A stretch of DNA of 64,000 bases from Lama guanicoe (Eukaryota), in assembly GCA_013239625.1 (NCBI GenBank), contig MU056270.1, positions 186,001-250,000 on the forward strand, read 5' to 3'. Numbering within the stretch: the first letter of the stretch is position 1; every line of letters starts with the position of its first letter. The notes below the pieces were generated by a model. The model did no database searches. It was not told the origin of the DNA and was given only the letters and a program-made list of their open reading frames with translations. This document shows positions 11,069 through 21,340 of this stretch, one piece after another. The position numbers and the translations under genes are program-made.

Positions 11069-13076
11069 GTGAGTGGGGGGCCCCGAGGCGGCGTCTGCAG
11101 GCTCCCCTCGCGTCTGGGTGGATTTGAGGGGTCAGTGAGCACAGCTGGGCCCGGAGCAGTGACGCCCCTGACCCCCGACCGTGAGCGAGGTTGGAAGGTT
11201 AGCAGGGGGAGGAGGGCTCCGATCCTGGTCATTCCTCTAATCTGCCTCCACCGCTGGTCCCACCTGGCCCCGCTGGAGGCTGACCTTGCAGGAGTGTGCA
11301 GACCCCCGGTGCATTCCTCCAGGCCCTCTGCAGCCGGCACCCTCGCGGCACGGTAGGCTCCTCAGAGCAGAGCGCGGGGCTCCTAGAAAGAGCAACCAGG
11401 GGCCTTCGTCAGCTTCCCGCGGACACTAGCCCTGGGTCCTTCTCACTGTGTGCGCTGCCCGAGGAGACAAGCGTGGTGGCCTCCCCCTGAACTTGATGTG
11501 TCCTGCAGACAAACATGGATTCGATCTGGTTTTTAAAGTTTCATTTCTAAAAGACTCCCTGCAGCTTGGAGACCATGCCTGTTTTAAGGAAGGCACCCCA
11601 AGGCTCACTGCACTTGCGTGGTGTATGTGTGTTTGTTTTTAGATAATGTTCTGATTTTTTTAGGTGGGATTTGTGTTAATATTAAAACTGAATAGCTAAG
11701 CCCCCCGCCTTGCCCCCGGCCTCTTTGAAGATGAGCCACAGAAAGTGTAAGCCGAGTTCTCGAGGTTCCGGGAGGTGAGAGCCGGGCTGTCCTCGCCCCC
11801 AGGGGCCTGGGCCTCCACGCACGGACCTTCCTGGTGCCGCGGCTCTGCAGGAGTCTCGCCGGCCCTGGACGTTTCAGGGAGGAGGGGCTTCTGAACAGAA
11901 AGGCCTGTGTGTGTTTTTAGAAACTTTCAAACCCTTTTCTTGAACACCTCAGGCTTGTGTGGGTCCCTGAAGAGTAGGAAATAGATAGCTATTTATATCC
12001 CTGTGACCTCGTGATTTCTGATGACGTTCAATGAAATGAAACCTCTAGTGGCCGACACCCACTCCTGGGGCTCAGAGCAGCAGAAGTCGAAGGGGAGGCT
12101 CGAGACAGTGATGTGGGTTGTCTGAGTGTCAAAACCTGCCATTGAGGAACAAGAGGCTTTTGTGGGTTTCCCTGGGCACACAGTTCAGCTAAGTCCCAGC
12201 CTCGCCAGCTCAGCAGAGGACCGCCGTCCCTCGTGGTGAGCCTGCACGGTCACTTAGGACGGGCTGAAGCTCCTCGGCCTTTCAGATCAGGGCACCTCTC
12301 CAGCCTGGCTTGGTCCCTTCAGCCTGTGGGTTGTATTTTAAAGAAGGTTCTGAAATCAACGAAATTTTAAAAATTAGTTCATCTTGTTTGACGTTTGAGG
12401 AAGTGAAGTTCTAGAGCCAAACTCAAACACAAAGTGTCAGCCCTGGGAACATGGCCCTCACAAGGTAATTTCGTTAAGCAAGTGGTACATTAACAGTGGA
12501 AAAATAATTTAAAAATCAGAAAAGCAACAATGAAAAACGATAGTGTCACAGTCCCACCGCCCAGAGAGCACCACCGTCCCAGGGCTTCTGCGTGTGCGTG
12601 TGCGTGTGGGGAGCACCATCCTGACACTTCAGGGCGGCTTCAGGTGTGTGGAAATATTTGCTTTTTTTCTCAAACACCATTGTACTTTTTTTGCTGAAAG
12701 TTGAACTTAGGGTTTACTTCTTCCAAAATCAGAACTGCTTGTCTGGCTTAAAATGCATTTTTTGCTCAGCAGCACAGGACTTAGTGTATTGGAGACGAGT
12801 GTCCTCGTCACCAGTGTGGTGCCCCCGCCAGCAAAAAGTAAATCCGTGTCATGTGTGTTTGGAAAGTGCCCAGTTAGAGGGCAGTGAGGAGACTCCTGGC
12901 AGACGTCTCCACCTCCCTCCGAGTCCCCAGGAGGGACGTGAGTCTTGCAGGGTCCTCTTGGCCCCTCAGCAACGTCCCACCAGATGCCCCTCGCCCTGGT
13001 CAGCGGCTTGGCCTCCGGGGCGGGGGTCCGGCGCGGCGCGGCTCCTCAGCGCTGACCCTGGAAACTTTGTTTGCAG

Positions 13077-13430
13077 ACTGCCGGCTCCACATCTGCCTCT
13101 ACTACCGGGAGGTCCTGGTGAAGGAGCTGACCACGTCCAGCCCTGAGGGCTGCCGGATCTCCCATGGGCACACCTACGATGCCAGCAGCCTGGACCAGGT
13201 CGTCTTCCCCTTCCCGGAGGACAGCGGCCATCGGAAGAACATCGAGAAGCTGCTGGGCCACCTGGAAAGGGGTGTGGTCCTCTGGGTGGCCCCCGACGGG
13301 CTTTACGCCAAGAGACTGTGCCAGAGCAGGGTCTACTGGGACGGGCCCCTGGCGCTGTGCAGCGACCGGCCCAACAAGCTGGAGAGAGACCAGACCTGCA
13401 AGCTCTTCGACACTCAGCAGTTCTTGTCAG
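13077..13430 (+). CDS. IRF4: IRF4 exon 7 (IRF association domain)
   Basis: ttgcag|ACTGCC...TTGTCAG|gtgagg; DCRLHICLYYREVLVKELTTSSPEGCRISHG...YAKRLCQSRVYWDGP...KLFDTQQFLS. Confidence 0.98.
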
Positions 13431-15819
13431 GTGAGGCCGCTGATCTCCGTCAGGATGGAGGTCCTGGGGGGAGGACCTGCCTCAGGGGTCTTCCGTCTGT
13501 TAACCCCGGGCCTGCCGGGCAAGGCCCCAGGGTAGGTTTCTGGGGGGCTCGCCTGTCACCCCATCAGCAGAGGCGTGTGAGAAGGAGGCTGACCTCAGGA
13601 GGACTGTGGTTCAGGCTGAGGTCTCGAAGTTCTGGTGTTCACCAAGTACTCACCAGCTAACAAGGCTCACATCTGGCTGGCAGTGTGGCCTCAGCGAGCA
13701 TGTCTGCCGATGTTTTGGCTCCTTTAAGTTTCCTAGAAAAATTGTAAGGTTGGAAGTATGTTGTTAACACTCTGGCTGTGAGGTGTGTCACCCTCAAGAG
13801 AGGCCTTCCAGCAGGTGGGACCAAGGCTGAGTGTGTTGAACTGATTTTGCAGCAGGGAAGTTATGAGCTGTCTCTGTAGGTTTCACATCACGTTTTCCAG
13901 AACCAGTAGGTGTCGTGTCCCTAGTTTTGATCTCGTGGTAGTTAGCTGAGCCCTGGGCTGGCTTTTGTGGAGAGCGCTGGCCACCACACGGAGGAAGCTT
14001 TGCCCAATGTCCGTTTACGTCTGGACTCGTGTTGCCTCTTCTGGGGCAGAAGCAGTTCTCCGAGCGTCCGCATTGTCGCTAATGACCCTGTGCAAGTGCC
14101 CCTCCAGAAACACTCTGTCCTGGGCTTTCTCGTGCCTCTGCTCTCCCTGAAGGTGCTGCTCAACTCCACTCACGTCAAGTAACAGGATGAGGCATCCTGG
14201 AGCCTCACTGCCGGAGGCACTTGCTCAAATGTGGGGTTGAAGTTGCCCGAGTTTGCTTGGGGTCACCCAAATTCTCTTTTTGTGCCGAAGCAAACGCATC
14301 CCCAGACAACCGGTCCCCTGCAGGGCCGGACAAGAGGGAGAGCCGAGCCCTGGCACCCGAGGTGGGAAGGCGCGCGGGGCTGGCTGCCCCGCCCACCCGG
14401 AGCCTCGGAGCTGCCTCCCGGGGGCCTGGAGGGCGCCTGGGTCTGGGTCTCTCCGAGGCGGTGGGGCTGAGGCTCAGAAGGCACCGCAGGGCGGGGGCTC
14501 TAACGGCAGGCCCCCGGGCAGTGGCCCTTCTTCCCCGAGTCCCTCACACCTAGGAAGGGGGCCTCCTCCCTTTCTGGCCAGGCGAGAAGCTGCGCCTGAG
14601 CCTCGGGGCCCGGAGGGCTGCACTCACTTCACGTTTATCTGTGAGCAAGGGCTGTTTTGCTTTTTCTTCCTCTGTGACCCAGGGCTGTGCCCTTAGCCCA
14701 GTGCTGCCTCTTTTTATATCCTGAGGTGTCACTGAGGTTCAAGAGGCCTGTGAGCTCAGAACTGCAGCTGCGCAGAGCAGCCCCTCCAGCGAAGGGCTCC
14801 CACGAGTGTCCGCAGGTTACCGGCCTTCAGAGAACCGTGCCACCGTGCCCCTGCGAGCAGCCTGTGTGGTGTGGGCGCCTCTGCCCACCTCGCAGCGTGG
14901 AAGCCTTTCACATGTTCTGACTAAGCCGGTTGGGTTTGATTTGAATTCTGGAAGACAAAAAGAAAAGCAGGAAGTCAAATGGTCCACTGAGTTAGCTAGA
15001 AACTTTTCTTCAGTTGAAGAGAACAGTGGAAATCTTTGATATCTGCCCTTTCAGGACCTGCCGGCTCCGGGGACAGCCCCAAGGGGCCCGGGGTGCTCAT
15101 CTGATAAGAAGGCAGCCGCAGCTCTGCAGACGTGACATCTGGCTGTAGCAGGAGGGCAGGGCCAGCCGGGGCACTGTCACCCTGACTGAGGCTGGGGGCC
15201 GGGGCCCCGCAGGGGAGCACATGGCTCAGCGGTGCCCCTCGCGTGGCGGTATAGCCGCCGGGACACACCCACACCCACACCCACAGGCTCGCAGCCCATC
15301 ACCCCCACCCCAGTCTCAAACCCATGGCAAGAAGTCAGCCCAGAGTCAGTTTGGGATGCAGCTGCCCACGGCTGGGGCTGAGTCTCCGCTTTGGCGGTGT
15401 CTGCGTCGCGCCTGTGGAGGTCCCGGTGGCGAGGACGGATTAAGGGCTCAGCAGTTTTGAGATGAGGTTCATGAGTAGACCAGGGTCAAATCAGACCATT
15501 CTATTTTTTTAAAGAGAATTTCTCTTTGGTATAAATTATTCTCTTGCCTCGATGTGGCTTCGCTTCCTTTTCCTCCTCCTTCATTCCTCTCTGCCGCCTT
15601 TGCCTCCTCACGGGTCCCCAGCTGCAAAGTGCAGGCCCTGGTCTTAGGCTGCGTCCGCTCGAGGTGAAGGCGGGAGCCTGCGGGAGGGACTCCATGAACG
15701 CGCGGTGGTCCTGCCCTCCCTGCCTCCTGCCCTGGTCCCTGAGTAGGCGTGGGCTCCCTGCTCCAGCCTGCATCCCATCCCTGTGGGGTTCTGAACGCCT
15801 CTCTTGTGGGTCCCTGCAG

Positions 15820-15932
15820 AGCTCCAAGCGTTCGCCCACCACGGCCGGCCTCTGCCGAGGTTCCAGGTGACTCTGTGCTTCGGGGAAGAGTTTCCAGACC
15901 CTCAGAGGCAACGGAAGCTCATTACAGCTCAC
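15820..15932 (+). CDS. IRF4: IRF4 exon 8
   Basis: ctgcag|AGCTCC...GCTCAC|gtgagt; ELQAFAHHGRPLPRFQVTLCFGEEFPDPQRQRKLITAH. Confidence 0.97.
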
Positions 15933-17793
15933 GTGAGTGTTTGCTGCCTTAATGATAGCGTTTCCTTGGCCTGCATGGAGAGCAAGGTCCCGCTCAGAGA
16001 GGTTCGGTTGAGACATGAGTGTCCAGTGACCAGGCAAAGCAGGTGCAGCAAGCAGCGCAGCCCGAGCCCACCCACCTCCCGGCGCCCGTGACCCCGCGCT
16101 GCCGCCCGCCCGTGACCCCCAGCCCTGGCTGCATCCTTCCTGTGTCCTTTGTTCTTCAAGGAAGTTGTCGTATCCCCCTTTGTGGGGATTTAACAGGATG
16201 GAAGCTGAATGTTGCCCTTTAGAATTCTTCCCCCTTAATACTGCTTTTCAAGTGCTCATCTTCCCTTGGGGGAGAAGCTTTTCCCAAACTGACTTTTGTG
16301 TATCTTGTAGGCCCCTCCAGATGTTCCCCAGATCCTCTTTTATTTCTGAATTTTAAAAATTATTTAATTGCTGGAAACCAAGAGCATGTGTTATCTGGAA
16401 GAAGCTAAACCGTTCAAGCATTTCGAATGGGTCAGCTCATCACCAGGTTCACCAGCAGTTTAAGATGGGATTCACCCGTGGCAAGGAAACATTTCACAAA
16501 AAAGGAAAGAAACGGGACTTAGATAAATAACATTTAGCATTCCTTTGCCACAGAAAACAGAGTTTTGAATACTTAAGATTTTTGAACTTGAAATTTGAAG
16601 ACTTTGCATTGCATTCAAGCGTTATTAATGGGCCCAGATAATGAGCAGTAACAGGTAAAAAATTACACCAAATAATAACAAAATTCAGGTCAGATTTTAG
16701 TTCTGATACCGGTTCTTGTTGAAATCTGACATAAAACACTGTCTAACGTGCGCTCTCTAATGCACCCCCCCCTTCCTGATTGTAAAATCAAAAAACAACC
16801 AACCAATAAACAAAAGTATAGTCCCCATAAACTTTAGGGTTTTCTCACAAGTTCTCTCCCGGGATCGATACAATTGTTGATTTAGTAACTGATCCTTGTT
16901 AACAACTGTCAAAGGACTAAAGCATCTTGGCCCTGGGAGATAGCATCTCAGACGGCAATGGTGACCCCGAGCCTGTGGAGCTGGACACACTGGCCCTGGT
17001 TGGGCAAGGATTGTCCCCAGCCGGGATCCCGAAATCGAGGGGATGGAAGGTGGACGTGGGAACACTCCGGAGTTCTGCTCCTTTTAACTATGGATGTATT
17101 TCAGTTACTTCCTGTGAGGCATGCTTAAGTCGGTCTGTCTCAAATAACACCAAGGCTCAATTAACAGCACACTTGATTGGCTGAAAGAAAGCATTCGGTT
17201 TTCTTAGACACTTAGGTTCAGGAAGAGCTGAATGTTGACTATTTGTTTGGTGAACGTGGTCTACACTAATAACCAAACTTGATGAATTTGGGATCAGTTA
17301 ACTTCTCTTTTTTTCACAATATCAGTTTGTTTTTGTTTGATTTTGCTGCTTTTTTTTTCAAATCTTTGGTTTAGAAATATGCAGATTATCCAGGTTGTCC
17401 ATGAATTGTGAGTCCCTGAGCCCTCAGGCCTGTCAGACTGCAGGTGTGGAAATATAAATCCATTGGCCTAAATTACCTGATTGCCTCAAACTTACTTTTA
17501 ATTTGGTTGTTCTTGCCTGATTTGCTTCAGTCTTAGTTAAACGTGAATTTCAGGCAGCAGTTGGTTTACAGATGCCATCTCTACCTGTCCTGTCAATTGA
17601 AACCCAGAGTTAAGGAGGTTCTGTTTATAGGCTGGTGCATGTAACAGAAAGTTAGTTCTCCAGAAGCCCCCAGTGGGACTTGTTCTGGTGTGTTACGAAC
17701 CTGCACCTGGACCTCACCCTCAGCTGTGGAGGCTGCCGCACGGAGTCAGAAGGAGTAGCTCAGTAACGCTCTCTTGAAAATCTTCTGTTGAAG

Positions 17794-17937
17794 GTTGAAC
17801 CTCTCCTCGCCAGGCAGCTGTATTACTTCGCTCAGCAGAACAGCGGGCACCTCCTGAGGGGCTACGACTTACCTGAGCACGTGGGCAGCCCGGAGGATTA
17901 CCACAGGTCCATCCGCCACTCCTCCATCCAAGAGTGA
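17794..17937 (+). CDS. IRF4: IRF4 exon 9 coding part (C-terminal autoinhibitory region, stop TGA)
   Basis: gttgaag|GTTGAA; VEPLLARQLYYFAQQNSGHLLRGYDLPEHVGSPEDYHRSIRHSSIQE*. Confidence 0.97.
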   Translation, partial: VEPLLARQLYYFAQQNSGHLLRGYDLPEHVGSPEDYHRSIRHSSIQE

Positions 17938-18347
17938 GGACCGTCAGGCCAGACACTGTGCTGTAAATACCTGTCCTAGGACAGCTGATGGGACCCCCAC
18001 CTTTCTTTCGGGGAACCCGGGGCTTCAGTTCAACACTTGAGGGGAACGTGTGGAGAGCTGCCCCATGTGACTGACAGACGAAAGGGAGCACCACACCCAG
18101 CACCGTCTGCAGACCCCGCGCTGACGAGAATGTGAAAAGCACAAAAATCAGTTTATGTTTACCAAAGTGCCGTCTTCAGTTTGATGTGGACTCTCTCTTG
18201 CTTGAAGCCTGAGAAAACCTTTACCAGTGCTGACCACGAGGAAGGGTCCGAGAGCCGCGCTGTATCTCAGGGAAGTAAAACCCAAGTTTCCGCCCCAAGA
18301 GAAATGGACCGATACCTGGAAACAGACTCTGCCTGAGGGCATCACTC

Positions 18348-18382
<35 letters not shown>
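18348..18382 (+). repeat. (CCG)11 trinucleotide repeat in IRF4 3'UTR
   Basis: Eleven pure CCG units (18348-18380) plus CC. Confidence 0.97.
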
Positions 18383-20761
18383 TGCCCTCCGGCCCTCCCC
18401 AGGGTGGGCCCCAGGCCTCCTTACGCAGACCCCCGCCCGCTCTCCTGGGTGTCCCTGAAGCCAGTTCTAGACTCATTGCTATTTTTTTGAGCCAAAGAGC
18501 ATTAGGGCTGCCCCTGAGTAGTGTATTTGCCTGGTAACGAATGGTTAAGGCATTTTTTGTTTGCCATTTTGTCTCTCATTCTGTAGAAATTCTTGCTCAA
18601 ACGTTTTCTTAAAGAGGGAAAAAAACCAGGTGAATAATGCAAGTACTAAAGATGTATTTTGAAACTTGAACGACATTTCCCCTCTTGTCCCGCTTGTTTT
18701 GTTTGGTGACCAGTTGTCCATGACAACACTAGGGCGGGGCCGTGCTTGTCCGAGGGTGAGCCCTGCGGGGGGTGGGGGGCTTCACAGATGCGTAACTGCA
18801 GACTCAGTGCACCGTTCCTGCTTATTTTGTGCATTACATGCTTCCTCATGCCACTGATGGTCTGACAGGGCCTTAGAACTACGGGCTTTTCTCAAACACA
18901 TCTTTTTATAGAACCACCAAGCTCCCCACGGGCTCGAACAGACCTGATCGCTTACTTGTCCCATTTGGAAAAGTGCAGGCGTTTCGATGGTGATGCAGCC
19001 GCTGGTGTTTCCGTGCCACCGGGAAGCAACCGCCACTGTGTGGAGGTTCAGCGAGAGCCCTGCGCCTCCCCAGTGCGCACTGCTCTTCCTCGTCTGCACT
19101 TCTTCGTTCGTTCAACAGACAGATTACAGCCTTTATCCGATTCAGTGAGCAGTGAAGCTTGGAATGCCATTTCTTTTTTTTTTGAAGGAGTTTTTAGTAA
19201 TAAAATACAGATTAACTACAGAAAATGTAAACAGCATAAAAGAACAAAAACAAAACAAATCTTCCTTTTTTCCAGCCCAAATCCTCCCCCCTAGAACTGT
19301 GCACAAGCAGCATTGGATTCTCCCAATACATTTCACTTTTCTATAAACTTACGGAAATTAAAGAGCTCTGGGCTCACGACGCACTGGCTTCTGTGCTCCC
19401 TAAATCCAGCAGTACAGAGTTACCTCGTTCTTCTCAGAGGGTTAGTGGGGACCCTGCCACGGGGCGAGGACACCCTGCAGGGGTCCCTCAGCCACTCAGG
19501 ATGAACCTGACAGTAGACTGTGTTCCGTGGGCAGCAGTGACTGGCGCATCTCATAGATGCGAGTGTTTGGGGTATATTACCCCGGGAGGAGATGGGCGGG
19601 GGTGCCGCTGTGGCTCGGCCGGCTCCCCGAGCAGACCCTCAGTCTCAGTCGGTATTTGGACCCTTTTCTTTTTTTCTCCCCTTTTTAGTATCAAGCTGCT
19701 TTGCTCTGGGGCCACCTTTCTGCAGAATGCTGGTGGCCTGGGCCAGGCCCCTCTGGTCAGTGCACATTCGTGTGTCCTTCAGTTCGGAGAGACCCAGAGT
19801 GTGAGCCTGTAAGTGAACTGACCATGCAGCCGGCCAGCAAAGGGTCCTGACAGTTGTCTCAGGACCTCGAGAAGGGCCTCCTTCCTTGACCCTAGGCTGT
19901 TCTCAGCGGAGGGGGCTGTGGGCTTAGGCCCTTGTTCTGAAGAGCTTGGAGACGGCAGGGAGGGATGCGTGAGCCCCAGGCAACCTTGTTCCTGGGATTT
20001 AGTAGAGCTGTGGGCAGTGACTGTGTCCTCTGACCACTGCAGGGAGCTCGCATGAGACCAGAGCCCTGGGAGCCCCTCGGTCGCTGGCAGGCGGGGCAGA
20101 GAACCAGCAGGACGGTCGTGTTTGCTGTGTCTGAGCCGGAGAGACTGCTCCCCCGGGAGAGGCTCCACCGCCTGCCAGGGCACGAGCCCACGACGGCGCG
20201 GGCGTCACAGGGGCACAGCTGAGCCCGGCCACAGGGAGAACGTGGCCTCGGGCTCAGGCGTGAACAAGGCTTTCCCTCGTGTCACTGCGTGTGAGCCTCG
20301 GTGCGGGTCTGAGGGGGCTTGTCTCAAGGCCGAGCAGAGTTCCAGGCGCGGCTGGTGCCCGTGTGGGCTGCACCAGTGAAGGTCTTTTGTTTGTTTGTTT
20401 ATTTGCATCAGTCATTTTTTTTAGGAAAAACCCAGATGCAGTTCAACCCGCTTTCATTCCTGTTTGGTCCCAGTTTTCCACTTCCCCACAGGTGAATGCT
20501 TTCCGACAGTGGTGAGCTCCCTTAAGCTCTCTGTTCTCATGGCGTGTCTCCCTAGACAGTCTGTAGCTGACTGGTGCCGACTAAATGCAGCTCATTTCGC
20601 ACCTTGCCTTCCTGTCTGGAGACTGGCCGGTGGCAGCGTGGGCGACCGCACCCCTGCTGACTCTGGATGAGCCGTCACAGGAGGCAGCCCCTGTCAGCTT
20701 CCCTGCTGTCCACCCCTCCATGTGGGGGAGGGGGTACAGCCAATGTGGAGAAGACACAGGA

Positions 20762-21201
20762 GGCGTGGAACAGAAAATAAACTGTAAGCTCACACTTTGC
20801 TTCAGACTCTTGGAGAGGAGCGGGGCCTGGCGGGCAGGGCTGGCTCCCGCGTCCCTCTGTGCAGAGGGAGAGGACGCAGTGGCCTCTGGACTTCACCCCA
20901 AGGCTGGGCTGGTTCATCTTGCTGCCCAGCCTCCCGGGCAAGGGCGTCTCAAGAGCCGGTCCCAACCGTCCTCGGACAACTGGCGTGGAACAGAAAATAA
21001 ACTGTAAGCTCACACTTTGCTTCAGACTCTTGGAGAGGAGCGGGGCCTGGCGGGCAGGGCTGGCTCCCGCGTCCCTCTGTGCAGAGGGAGAGGACGCAGT
21101 GGCCTCTGGACTTCACCCCAAGGCTGGGCTGGTTCATCTTGCTGCCCAGCCTCCCGGGCAAGGGCGTCTCAAGAGCCAGTCCCAACCGTCCTCGGACAAC
21201 T
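20762..21201 (+). repeat. 220-bp tandem duplication (20762-20981 / 20982-21201)
   Basis: Head-to-tail copies; the only difference I see is G20958 vs A21178. Confidence 0.97.
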
Positions 21202-21289
21202 GTACGTGATGCTGTCATGAATTCTGGTGTAAATCGCTTTTCAAAGCAGATTGACATTGGTGATGATCTGATGTTTTAGGCACTTGACA

Positions 21290-21340
21290 AATAAAGACTT
21301 TTTTAAGAACACAATCTGTCATGGGCTGTGTGTTATTAAA
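21290..21340 (+). terminator. IRF4: Probable IRF4 polyadenylation signals (AATAAA 21290-21295; ATTAAA 21335-21340)
   Basis: Hexamers read directly; which one is used is not determinable from sequence. Confidence 0.6.

Noticed and set aside
12884-13660. 258-aa ORF as a stand-alone gene
   Set aside because: It is IRF4 exon 7 (13077-13430) plus intronic read-through.
9438-16732. 14-bp inverted match ATGTCAGATTTCAA (9438-9451) / TTGAAATCTGACAT (16719-16732) between IRF4 introns 5 and 8
   Set aside because: Several 14-mer matches are expected by chance in 64 kb; too short to argue for long-range pairing.
20762-21201. Repeat as a CRISPR array or LTR pair
   Set aside because: Two abutting copies with no spacers, internal region or TSD, in mammalian DNA.
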